Below, piece by piece: positions 50,580-60,723 of a DNA stretch of 64,000 bases. Every line of letters begins with the position of its first letter. The stretch's first letter is position 1. Source of the DNA: an uncultured delta proteobacterium (GTDB lineage Bacteria; Myxococcota; Kuafuiibacteriia; Kuafuiibacteriales; Kuafuiibacteriaceae); assembly GCA_963803435.1 (NCBI GenBank), contig CAWDML010000007.1, forward strand, positions 416,001 through 480,000. Reading direction: 5' to 3'. The position numbers were made by a program, and so were the translations under genes. Below the pieces are notes generated by a model. That model made no database searches. It was given only the letters and a program-made list of their open reading frames with translations, and had not been told where the DNA came from.

Positions 50580-51026
50580 ATGAAGACCACGGACCAGCCG
50601 AAGCTGGGCAAGGTTCTCGACTTTCTCCGCCTCCTCTGGGCCGTCGATCACAACCTCCAGCTCGTATCCAAGCGGATGCACGCCGAGCTGGGGGTGACCG
50701 GCCTCCAGCGCATGATGATCCGGATCGTGGGGCGCTTCCCCGGCGTGTCGGCCGGTGAGCTGGCGGCGATCCTGCACGTCCATCCGAGCACCCTCACCGG
50801 CGCGCTTGATCGCCTCACCGGCTCTGGTGCGATCACGCGGAAGGCCGATCCCGAGGACGGACGCCGCGCACGTCTCTCGCTGGGCGCTCGGGGCCGTACC
50901 ATCGACGCCTCGAAGGCCGGCACCGTCGAGGACTCGGTCCGGCGCGCCCTCGCCAGCGTCTCGCAGGAGCAGATCGAGGCCGCCGCGGAGGTTCTCAAGG
51001 CGATCGCGCGGGAGCTCGAGCGATGA
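50580..51026 (+). CDS. MarR-family transcriptional regulator
   Basis: LGVTGLQ, SAGELA...HPSTLTGALDRL, DPEDGRR winged helix. Confidence 0.92.
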   Translation: MKTTDQPKLGKVLDFLRLLWAVDHNLQLVSKRMHAELGVTGLQRMMIRIVGRFPGVSAGELAAILHVHPSTLTGALDRLTGSGAITRKADPEDGRRARLSLGARGRTIDASKAGTVEDSVRRALASVSQEQIEAAAEVLKAIARELER

Positions 51027-51637
51027 TCCCGACCGAGTTCTTCACGTCCGTCTCGCTCCTCCTGGTGCTCCTCAACCCGTTCCTGCTCACCATCTACCTG
51101 CTCGAGATCATCCGCACCCTCGAGGGCCCCGAGTTTCGCTTCGTCCTCATCCGCGCGTCCATGATCAGCGGAGTGGTCTTCGCGCTCTTCGCGATCACCG
51201 GCGACACCATCTTCAGCCGCATCCTCCAGGTACGTTTTGCCTCGTTCGAGATGTTCGGCGGCGTCATCTTCCTCCTGATCGGCGTCCGCTACGTCATGAG
51301 CGGGCCCTCCGCCATCACCCAGCTCCGCGGTCGACCGGAGCACGTCGCCGGGTCGATCGCGATGCCCTTCATGATCGGCCCAGGCACCATCAGCGCCAGC
51401 ATGCTGGCCGGCGCTCGGTTGCCGGTCCCGCTGGCGCTGCTCTCGATCATCACCGCCCTCGCGCTGACGGTCATCGGTGTCCTGTTGCTCAAGTACCTCC
51501 ACGATCGCGTACGCGTACGTTATGCGGGGATGGTGGAGCGCTACGTCGAGGTCGTCGGTCGCGCCAGCGGCCTCGTGATCGGGACGATCTCGATCGAGAT
51601 GATCCTGCAGGGGATCGATCTGTGGCGAGGTCATTGA
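51023..51637 (+). CDS. MarC/NAAT family membrane protein
   Basis: LLVLLNPF, SFEMFGGVIF, AMPFMIGPGTI, ~6 TM; ATGA overlap with marR. Confidence 0.9.
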   Translation: MIPTEFFTSVSLLLVLLNPFLLTIYLLEIIRTLEGPEFRFVLIRASMISGVVFALFAITGDTIFSRILQVRFASFEMFGGVIFLLIGVRYVMSGPSAITQLRGRPEHVAGSIAMPFMIGPGTISASMLAGARLPVPLALLSIITALALTVIGVLLLKYLHDRVRVRYAGMVERYVEVVGRASGLVIGTISIEMILQGIDLWRGH

Positions 51638-51688
51638 CGTCCGTCCCTTGCGGCTCCCGCCGAAGTATGCTTGGACATCCAACTATTC

Positions 51689-53197
51689 ATGTGCGGTTTC
51701 GCAGCCTACTTTGGCCCTGACGCCGATGCGCACGCCTCCGAGGTTCAGAGCAACGCGGCGAGGGTCCGCCACCGCGGTCCGGACGACTCGGGGGTCCATC
51801 GAACGCCGGGCGCCGTCCTGGCCCACCGCCGGCTCTCGATCGTCGATCTCTCCGGTGGCCGACAGCCGTTGCTCGGCGAGGACGGCTCGGTCTCTCTGGT
51901 CTGCAACGGCGAGATCTACAATCACGCTGCTTTGCGCAGCGAGCTGGAGGCGCACCACGTCTTCAAGACCCGCTCGGACTCCGAGGTGATCGTCCATGGC
52001 TACGAGGACGCCCGCGCCGACTGCGTCTCCCGTCTCGACGGGATGTTCGCGTTCGTGGTCAACGGATCCTCGGGCTTCCTGGCGGCCCGCGATCCGCTCG
52101 GGATCAAGCCGCTCTACCTGGCGCGCAGCCTCGACGGCGGGTACTGGTTCGCCTCCGAGCTCAAGTCGCTCCCCGCCAGCGCCACCGAGATCGAGGCGCT
52201 GCCGCCCGGCGCTCTCCTGACCGAGGACGGCCAGGTCCACCGCTGGTTCTTCCCGACGTGGTCGGCACCGCCGAAGACGCCCGTTTCGCCGGACCTCCCT
52301 GTGCTCGCCGAGAAGCTCGACGTGGCCGTGCGAAAGCGGATGATGAGCGACGTCCCCGTCGGCGTCTTCCTCTCGGGGGGCCTCGACTCCAGCGTCATCG
52401 CGGCGCTCGTGCGCCCGTACGTCGACGATCTCCACAGCTTCGCCGTCGGCGTGGAGGGCTCCTCCGATCTCGAGGCGGCGCGACGCGTCGCGGCACACCT
52501 GCAGACGCACCACCACGAGTACGTGTACACGGCGGCAGAGGCGGCCAGCGTGCTCGAGACGGTGATCGCGCACCTCGAGTCGTACGACCCGGCCCTGATC
52601 CGCAGCGCCGTCCCCTGCTACTTCGTATCGAAGCTGGCTGCAGAGTCCGTGAAGGTGGTCCTCACGGGCGAGGGCGCCGACGAGATCTTCGCCGGCTACG
52701 GCTATCTCGCCACGCTCCGCGATCCGATGCGCCTCCACGCCGAGTGCGCGCGGCTGCTGCTCGGCTTACACAACATGAACCTCCAGCGCGTCGATCGGAT
52801 GACCATGGCCCACGGCCTCGAGGGTCGAGTCCCGTTCCTCGACGTCGACTTTCTCGACTGGGCCATGGCGCTCGCGCCGCAAACCAAGCTGGGCGGGGAC
52901 AAGCGGCTGCTCCGGCAGGCGTTCGCGGCGAAGCTACCTCCGGAGATCGTGAGCCGCCCGAAAGAGGAGTTCGCAAGAGGGAGCGGAGCCGAGGCCCTCC
53001 TCGCGCACCACGGCGGGTCGGCTGTGACGGACGGCGAGCTGGCCCGCGCTACCGAACGCTTCCCCATCGACACGCCCTCGACCAAGGAGGCCTATCTATA
53101 CCGCCGCCTCTTCGAGGAGCGGTATCCCGGTGAGGCGCGCCGCCGCACCAATGCCACATGGCTGGGCGCGACCCCGAAGGAGGAGACAACGACATGA
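51689..53197 (+). CDS. asnB: Asparagine synthetase B-like glutamine-dependent amidotransferase
   Basis: N-terminal MCG, HRRLSIVD, NGEIYNH, SDSEV, RDPLGIKPLY, LSGGLDSS, TGEGADEIFAGY, DRMTMAHGLEGRVPFLD. Confidence 0.93.
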   Translation: MCGFAAYFGPDADAHASEVQSNAARVRHRGPDDSGVHRTPGAVLAHRRLSIVDLSGGRQPLLGEDGSVSLVCNGEIYNHAALRSELEAHHVFKTRSDSEVIVHGYEDARADCVSRLDGMFAFVVNGSSGFLAARDPLGIKPLYLARSLDGGYWFASELKSLPASATEIEALPPGALLTEDGQVHRWFFPTWSAPPKTPVSPDLPVLAEKLDVAVRKRMMSDVPVGVFLSGGLDSSVIAALVRPYVDDLHSFAVGVEGSSDLEAARRVAAHLQTHHHEYVYTAAEAASVLETVIAHLESYDPALIRSAVPCYFVSKLAAESVKVVLTGEGADEIFAGYGYLATLRDPMRLHAECARLLLGLHNMNLQRVDRMTMAHGLEGRVPFLDVDFLDWAMALAPQTKLGGDKRLLRQAFAAKLPPEIVSRPKEEFARGSGAEALLAHHGGSAVTDGELARATERFPIDTPSTKEAYLYRRLFEERYPGEARRRTNATWLGATPKEETTT

Positions 53198-54492
53198 CGG
53201 TATTGGAGCCCACGGGCGAGGGTGCCCGCACGTATGCCGACAGCGTCGCCCGCGGCTTCTATGGCAAGAACATGGGAGGGCTCTTCGGCAAGTACGACAA
53301 CGTGAGAGCCTACTGGGAGGACGCCCTCACCCGCGTCGCGCTCCGTCCGTTCGTCCGTGATCGCGTGGAGGCCTGCCGCACCGCCGGTCGCGGCGTGCGC
53401 GTCCTCGATCTCGGCTGCGGCGCCGGTCAGGGATACGAGCTCCTGACTCGCATCGATCGCAGCGACCTCGACCTGTCCGGCGAGCACAAATACGTCCTGC
53501 GCGGACAGGACATCGCGTGCTATCTCGGGCTCGATCTGAGCGAGGCGATGCTGGAGCAGGGACGCGAGAACTACGCCGGGGCCCCGGGCGTCCGCTTCCT
53601 CCAGCGCGACCTGCGCGAGGGCCTCGGAACCGCGCTGGACGAGCCGAGCTTCGACATCTACTTCTCCTCCTACGCCGCCCTCTCTCATCTCGAGGCGACA
53701 GCGCTCGTGCGATGCGTCGAGGAGATCACGCGACACGCTGGGCCGGGTTCCCTCCTGGTCCTCGATCTGGTGGGGCGGTTCTCACCCGAGTGGCCGGAAT
53801 ACTGGGACGCCCAGACCGAGGAGGAGAAGTTTCGACCGTACTCGATGAGCTATCTCTATCCTGAGCGGGCGAGGCAGAGCGGAGAGCTCGAATCGTTCTG
53901 CCTCCGCTTCTGGACCGGCGACGAGATCCGCAGCCTGGCCCGCGCAACCGGGGAGTCCACCGGCGTGCCCATTCATGTCCTCGAGCTCTTCGATCGATCG
54001 ATCTTCGTCGGACGCCATGTCGACACGAACGAGTACGGTACCTGGCTACCGCCCCTTCGCAGCCTGGTGAATCGGTTGTATGAGCACAGCGTGAGGACCA
54101 AGCTCGAGCACCTGCGGGTGACCTACACCCCCGTGCCGGGCGCGGCCGCGCTCAACCGGATCTTCACGCGGCTGGGTCGCTGCTGGAACGTCGTGGTCGA
54201 CTTCACGATCGAGCGTCTTCAGGGCAGACGGATCAACCTGGTGGAGATGGAAGGCTGGCGCGAGTTTCCTCCGCCGCTCCAGATGGCGCTGGTCACGATG
54301 GATCGGCTCGTCGACAGCGTCGCATGGATCGACGTGGGAGACGTGCGCGCCAACGTGCTCGAACCGCAGCTCGCCTACGTGCTCCGGCGCATGGAGTACC
54401 AGATCCAGGAGGGTCGCGGGTGCGGGCATGGGTTGATCGCGCTTCTTCAGGTGGGCGGCTCGCCGCCTCCCGACCCAGCGTTCCCAACATGA
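53194..54492 (+). CDS. Class I SAM-dependent methyltransferase of unknown substrate (432 aa)
   Basis: Motif I VLDLGCGAG, YLGLDLSEAML, FDIYFSSY; long C-terminal extension; ATGA overlaps on both sides. Confidence 0.88.
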   Translation: MTVLEPTGEGARTYADSVARGFYGKNMGGLFGKYDNVRAYWEDALTRVALRPFVRDRVEACRTAGRGVRVLDLGCGAGQGYELLTRIDRSDLDLSGEHKYVLRGQDIACYLGLDLSEAMLEQGRENYAGAPGVRFLQRDLREGLGTALDEPSFDIYFSSYAALSHLEATALVRCVEEITRHAGPGSLLVLDLVGRFSPEWPEYWDAQTEEEKFRPYSMSYLYPERARQSGELESFCLRFWTGDEIRSLARATGESTGVPIHVLELFDRSIFVGRHVDTNEYGTWLPPLRSLVNRLYEHSVRTKLEHLRVTYTPVPGAAALNRIFTRLGRCWNVVVDFTIERLQGRRINLVEMEGWREFPPPLQMALVTMDRLVDSVAWIDVGDVRANVLEPQLAYVLRRMEYQIQEGRGCGHGLIALLQVGGSPPPDPAFPT

Positions 54493-55253
54493 TCGAGGTC
54501 GAAGCCCTCACCAAGCGCTACGGCTCCACGGCAGCCGTCGACGACCTGTCGCTCACGGTCCCGCGCGGTGAAGTGCTAGTGCTCCTGGGCGGCTCAGGCT
54601 CGGGCAAGACGACGTTCCTCAAGATGATCAACCGGCTGATCGAGCCCACCTCGGGGAAGATCAAGATCGACGGCGAGGACGTGACCGAGCTCCCCGCCCA
54701 TCTCTTGAGGCGTCGCATCGGCTACGTGTTTCAGAAGGTCGGACTGTTCCCGCATATGACGATCGCCCAGAACATCGCGGTGCCGCTGACACTGATCGAC
54801 GCCGAGCCCGATCGGATCGAGCGGCGCATCGACGAGCTCCTCGATCTGGTCGAGCTGGAGCGTTCGGTCCGCGTCCGCCGTCCCGCCAAGCTCTCGGGAG
54901 GACAGCAGCAACGCGTCGGCGTGGCCCGGGCCCTGGCCGCGGAGCCCCAGCTGATGCTCCTCGACGAGCCGTTCGGTGCGCTCGACCCCATCACGCGCGA
55001 TCGCCTCCAGCAGTCGTTCATCCGCATCAGGCATCAGCTGGGCTTGACCGCGATCTTCGTCACGCACGACATGGTCGAGGCGATCCTGATCGCTGATCGG
55101 ATCGCGGTCATGAGAGACGGCCACCTGGAGCAGATCGGCACACCGCGCCAGCTGATCGAGAAGCCCGCCAACGCGTACGTCGAGCAGCTCCTGGAGACGC
55201 CGAAGCGCCAGGCGCGCGCGTTCGAGGCGCTCCTCGACGGGGAGCCGGCGTGA
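54489..55253 (+). CDS. Osmoprotectant (OpuBA/OsmV-type) ABC transporter ATPase
   Basis: GGSGSGKTT, MINRLIEPTSG, LFPHMT, LSGGQQQRVG, DEPFGALDPITR; no CBS domains. Confidence 0.93.
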   Translation: MIEVEALTKRYGSTAAVDDLSLTVPRGEVLVLLGGSGSGKTTFLKMINRLIEPTSGKIKIDGEDVTELPAHLLRRRIGYVFQKVGLFPHMTIAQNIAVPLTLIDAEPDRIERRIDELLDLVELERSVRVRRPAKLSGGQQQRVGVARALAAEPQLMLLDEPFGALDPITRDRLQQSFIRIRHQLGLTAIFVTHDMVEAILIADRIAVMRDGHLEQIGTPRQLIEKPANAYVEQLLETPKRQARAFEALLDGEPA

Positions 55254-56766
55254 AGGAGCAGCTCGCCCTTCTACCCGAATACGCGACCGCCCATCTCCAG
55301 CTGACGCTGGCGGCTCTCTTGCTCGGGATCGCGATCAGCGTTCCGCTGGGCGTGCTGGTCGCGCGCGTGCGGTGGCTCGAGCAGCCGATCCTCGGCACGG
55401 CCAGCGTCGTCCAGACCATCCCCAGCCTCGCGCTGCTGGCCGTGATGGTGCCGATCCTGGCGGCGATGCACCTGCAGAGCATCGGCTACCTCCCCGCCTT
55501 CGTCGGGCTGGTCCTCTACAGCATGCTCCCGATCCTGCGGAACACGCTGACCGGATTGGCCACCGTCGATCCGGCGATCATCGAGGCCGCCCGCGGCGTC
55601 GGCATGACGCCCCGCCAGCAGCTGATCCGCGTCTCGTTGCCGCTGGCGATGCCGGTGATCATCGCCGGCATCCGGACCTCGACGGTGTGGACGGTGGGCA
55701 TGGCGACGCTCTCGACTCCAGTCGGCGCCACCAGCCTCGGCAACTACATCTTCAGCGGCCTCCAGACGCGGAACTTCGATGCGGTGCTCGTCGGATGCCT
55801 GGGCGCCGCCGGGCTCGCGCTCTTGCTCGACGGGCTGGTGCGGATGGTCGCCGTCGGGCTCGAGCGACAGCGCCCCTTGATCCTTCGGACCGCGATGGCG
55901 GGCCTCGCCCTCCTGTTTCTCTACACGGGCGTGTCGATGGCTCGGGAGCTGGTACCGTCCGAACAGCGCCGGATCGTCGTGGGCGCCAAGACGTTCACCG
56001 AACAATACATCCTGAGCGACATCATCGCCGACCGGATCACCGACGAGACCGGCCTCCCCTGTCAAACCGTCCAATCGCTGGGCTCGATGGTGGCGTTCGA
56101 CGCCCTGACGTCCGGAGAGATCGACGTCTACGTCGACTACTCCGGGACCATCTGGGCCACCATCATGCATCGCGACACCACGCCGCAGAACCGGGCGGGC
56201 GTGGTCCGGGAGGTCGAGCAGTATCTCGCCGAGCACCACGGGGTGAAGGTCGTGGGGAGCCTCGGCTTCGAGAACGCCTACGCGCTGGCGATGACGCGCG
56301 CCCGGGCCGAGAGCTCGGGATCCGGACGGTGAGCGACCTTTCTCGATATGCGGGACAGATGTCGATCGGCGCCGATTACGAGTTCTTCGGGCGCGCCGAG
56401 TGGCGATCGATCCGCGACGTCTACGGCCTCGAGTTCGCCGGCCAGCGGAGCATGGATTCGTCGCTGATGTATCTCGCGGTCGCCCAGGGGACCGTCGACG
56501 TGATCAGCGCGTTCTCGACCGACGGCCGCATCGCGGCGCTCGACCTGGTGGTGCTCGAGGACGATCGCGGCGCGATCCCGCCCTACGACGCGCTCATCCT
56601 CTCCAGCGCACGACTGGCTGAGCGCTTTCCTCGCGCCCTCGAGGCCCTCGAGGGCCTGATCGGCAGGATCGACGACGACGAGATGCGACGCTTGAACCAG
56701 GCCGTGGATCAAGGCGGCCAGAGCCCCGCGACGGTGGCGCGCACGTTTCTCACCGGCGCGAAGTGA
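55250..56766 (+). CDS. Fused permease/substrate-binding protein of an osmoprotectant (betaine/ergothioneine-type) ABC transporter; 1-bp frameshift at ~56312
   Basis: QTIPSLALL, EAARGVGM, SLGNYIFSGL; SBP motifs GAKTFTEQYIL, DVYVDYSGT, GFENAYAL, LEDDRGAIPPYDA. GCC-GA-GAG-CTC appears to lack one base of GAG-GAG. Confidence 0.88.
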
Positions 56767-56891
56767 GACGTGGGTTGACGCGGAGCCCTCGATCCTCGAC
56801 AGTCGAATTGGGTGCACCGCGTTCTCTTCGCGGATGCAGGCTGAAATAGGATGGTCGGGCCGCCATCCTCCAAGGGTGCTTGGAGGGTGCC

Positions 56892-57227
56892 ATGATCGAC
56901 TCTCGTCCAACCAAAGACTCCCACTCCAGCGTGGTCGCAGCGCTGCTCCGTCTCTTCTGGATGCTCCTCGGCTACGCCGTCATCGTGCTGCTGTCGCTGA
57001 TCATCGTCGTCGACTCCGAAGGCGGGTTCAGCTGGCGCGACATCGCGGTGGGCGCGGTCGGCCTCGCGATCATCGCGGCCCGCTACGTCGACATCGCACG
57101 GTACCGAGGCGACACCGCCGAGGGCACGCCGGCCACCATGGAGCACTTCCGGCGCTACGCGACGCGGGTGGCGGTGGGGACCCCGGCCGTGTGGGGCGTG
57201 GCCCACCTGCTCGCCGGCCTGGACTGA
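56892..57227 (+). CDS. Small hypothetical membrane protein (~3 TM)
   Basis: GGAGG RBS; hydrophobic helices; GDTAEGTPATMEHFRRY loop. Confidence 0.7.
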   Translation: MIDSRPTKDSHSSVVAALLRLFWMLLGYAVIVLLSLIIVVDSEGGFSWRDIAVGAVGLAIIAARYVDIARYRGDTAEGTPATMEHFRRYATRVAVGTPAVWGVAHLLAGLD

Positions 57228-57239
57228 CGGGCGCCTTCG

Positions 57240-58592
57240 ATGCTGCGGTGCGACAAAAGGCCGCACCGCTTGAACGATCGGCCCCGGACCGCCGAGACTC
57301 CGGCCATTCCCGTCGACGCGCACATCGGTCTGCTCTGGTTGATCCGACTGCGGTGGGGCGCGGTCGTGTGCCAGCTGGCGGCCCTCGCGATCGCCCAATC
57401 GCTCTTCGCGATGGAGATCCACACGACGCTGATCGGCGTGCTGATCGCGGTGACGGCGCTGTCGAACCTCGGCCTGGACGCCCTCCGCCGGCGCGGGCGC
57501 GCGACCGGCGATCGGATCATCGCGGCGGTCCTCACGGTCGACTCGCTCGCGCTCACCGCGCTCCTGATGGCCTCGGGCGGCGCGGCCAACCCGTTCTCCG
57601 TCCTCTACCTGGTTCACGTCACGCTGGCGGCGGTGCTCCTCCCGATGAGCTGGACCTGGCTCCTGGTCGCGCTCTCCGCCGGCGGCTTCGCCCTTCTGTT
57701 CGCGGTGAGCGACGCGACTCCGCACGTGCACGATCCCTACGGCTCGCATCTACAGGGCATGTGGATCGCGTACACGGCCGCGGCGATCGTCATCGCCTAC
57801 TTCGTCGGGCGCCTGTCGCTGGCGCTCCGAGCGCAGGAACAGGAGCTCGCGGTCGTGCGCGAGCACGCGCTGCGCAACGAACGTCTGGCGGCGCTCACGA
57901 CGCTGGCCGCCGGGGCCGCGCACGAGCTCAGCACGCCGCTCTCGACGATCGCGGTGGTGGCCAAGGAGATCCAGCGCAAATGCGAATCGATCGAGGCCGA
58001 CGAGAGCCTGCGCGAGGACGCACGCCTGGTCCGCGACGAGCTCGATCGCTGTCGTGCGATCCTCGAGCAGATGAACGCGGGTGCCGGCACGAGCGTGGGT
58101 GAGTCGGAGAGCGAGATCTCGATCGACCGCTTCCGCGCGATGCTCGAGACCCAGCTGGGGGCCCGCTCCGATCGCGTGGTGGTGGTCCGGAGCGGAGCCC
58201 GCGAGTCGATGATCGTGACTCCGCACTCGCTGACGCGGATCCTGACCAACCTGGTCTATAACGCGCTCGACGCCAGCGCGAGCGACACCGAGGTCACCGT
58301 CGAGATCCGCGGTGAGCCCGAGCGGGTGGTGTTCCTGGTCAAGGATTGCGGCACGGGCATGTCGGAGGAGGTGCTCAGCCGGGCGATGGAGCCCTTCTTC
58401 ACCACGAAGGAGCCAGGACGCGGCCTCGGCCTGGGCCTGTTCCTCGCCAAGTCGTTCGCCGATCGGATCGGTGGTCGGCTCGCGCTCGAATCGAGCAGCG
58501 CCGGAACGCTGGCCACGCTCGAGCTTCCCCACCCGCCTGCGGCGGACGACCGCCCTGCGCTGCCAGTGATCGAAGGGGCCGCCGAGGGATGA
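57240..58592 (+). CDS. regB: RegB/PrrB-like redox sensor histidine kinase
   Basis: WLIRLRW, quinone-binding-type GGAANPF, HLQGMW, H-box AAHELSTPL, redox Cys RCRAIL, GLGLGLFL. Confidence 0.85.
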   Translation: MLRCDKRPHRLNDRPRTAETPAIPVDAHIGLLWLIRLRWGAVVCQLAALAIAQSLFAMEIHTTLIGVLIAVTALSNLGLDALRRRGRATGDRIIAAVLTVDSLALTALLMASGGAANPFSVLYLVHVTLAAVLLPMSWTWLLVALSAGGFALLFAVSDATPHVHDPYGSHLQGMWIAYTAAAIVIAYFVGRLSLALRAQEQELAVVREHALRNERLAALTTLAAGAAHELSTPLSTIAVVAKEIQRKCESIEADESLREDARLVRDELDRCRAILEQMNAGAGTSVGESESEISIDRFRAMLETQLGARSDRVVVVRSGARESMIVTPHSLTRILTNLVYNALDASASDTEVTVEIRGEPERVVFLVKDCGTGMSEEVLSRAMEPFFTTKEPGRGLGLGLFLAKSFADRIGGRLALESSSAGTLATLELPHPPAADDRPALPVIEGAAEG

Positions 58593-59140
58593 CAGCCCAC
58601 GAGGAGCGACGATCGATCTTGATCGTGGACGACGACGAGATCTTCCGGACCCGATTGGTGCGGGCCTTCAGCGATCGCGGCTGGGACGCCGGCAGCGCCC
58701 ACGACTTCGACTCCGCCGTCCGCAGAGCGTCGGAAGAGAGCCCCGAATATGCGGTCGTGGATCTCAAGATGCCGGGGAAGAGCGGACTCGACCTGGTGCT
58801 CGAGCTGAAGAAGATCGACCCCACCACAATCGTCGTCGTGCTGACGGGCTACGGCAGCATCCCCACGGCGCTGGAGGCCGTGCGGCTGGGCGCGGTCCAC
58901 TATCTCACCAAGCCCGCCGACGTCGACGACATCATCGCCGGCTTCGCACGCGGCGAGCTTCCGCCGGATCACCCACCGGAGATCCCGACGTCCGTGCCCT
59001 CGCTGGCGCGCGTCGAGTGGGAGCACATCCAGCGGGTGCTCGCCGACTGCAACGGCAACATCTCGATGGCCGCGCGCCTGCTCGGCATGCACCGGCGGTC
59101 GCTGCAGCGGAAGCTCTCGAAGAACCCGGTGTCGACGTAG
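58589..59140 (+). CDS. regA: RegA/PrrA-like response regulator
   Basis: VDDD, AVVDLKM, LTGYGSIPTA, KPAD; EWEHIQRVL..CNGNISMAARLLGMHRRSLQRKL; ATGA overlap with the kinase. Confidence 0.9.
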   Translation: MTAHEERRSILIVDDDEIFRTRLVRAFSDRGWDAGSAHDFDSAVRRASEESPEYAVVDLKMPGKSGLDLVLELKKIDPTTIVVVLTGYGSIPTALEAVRLGAVHYLTKPADVDDIIAGFARGELPPDHPPEIPTSVPSLARVEWEHIQRVLADCNGNISMAARLLGMHRRSLQRKLSKNPVST

Positions 59141-59268
59141 GCGCCTGCACACCGTCTTGCCGCGGGCAAGAGAAAAGCCGGGAGCGGGAGGTGTCGCGCG
59201 TGTGACGGTCGCGTGAATTCGTCCCGGAGCGGCTGACTCGCACGAACCCGGCTGCAAAGTCGAGGTGA

Positions 59269-60660
<1,392 letters not shown>

Positions 60661-60723
60661 GGGTCCGCCTATCGCCCGATCTGATCGACGGAACGACCGC
60701 CCTCCTCCGCCGATACCGATGTC

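Noticed and set aside
51689-53197. NAGGN, lasso-peptide or ergothioneine biosynthesis
   Set aside because: No Ngg acetyltransferase, no lasso B protein or precursor, no EgtB/EgtC; the methyltransferase lacks recognisable EgtD motifs.
56300-56332. Programmed frameshift giving short and long permease/SBP forms
   Set aside because: No slippery sequence; the break falls mid-domain and is explained by a single missing base.
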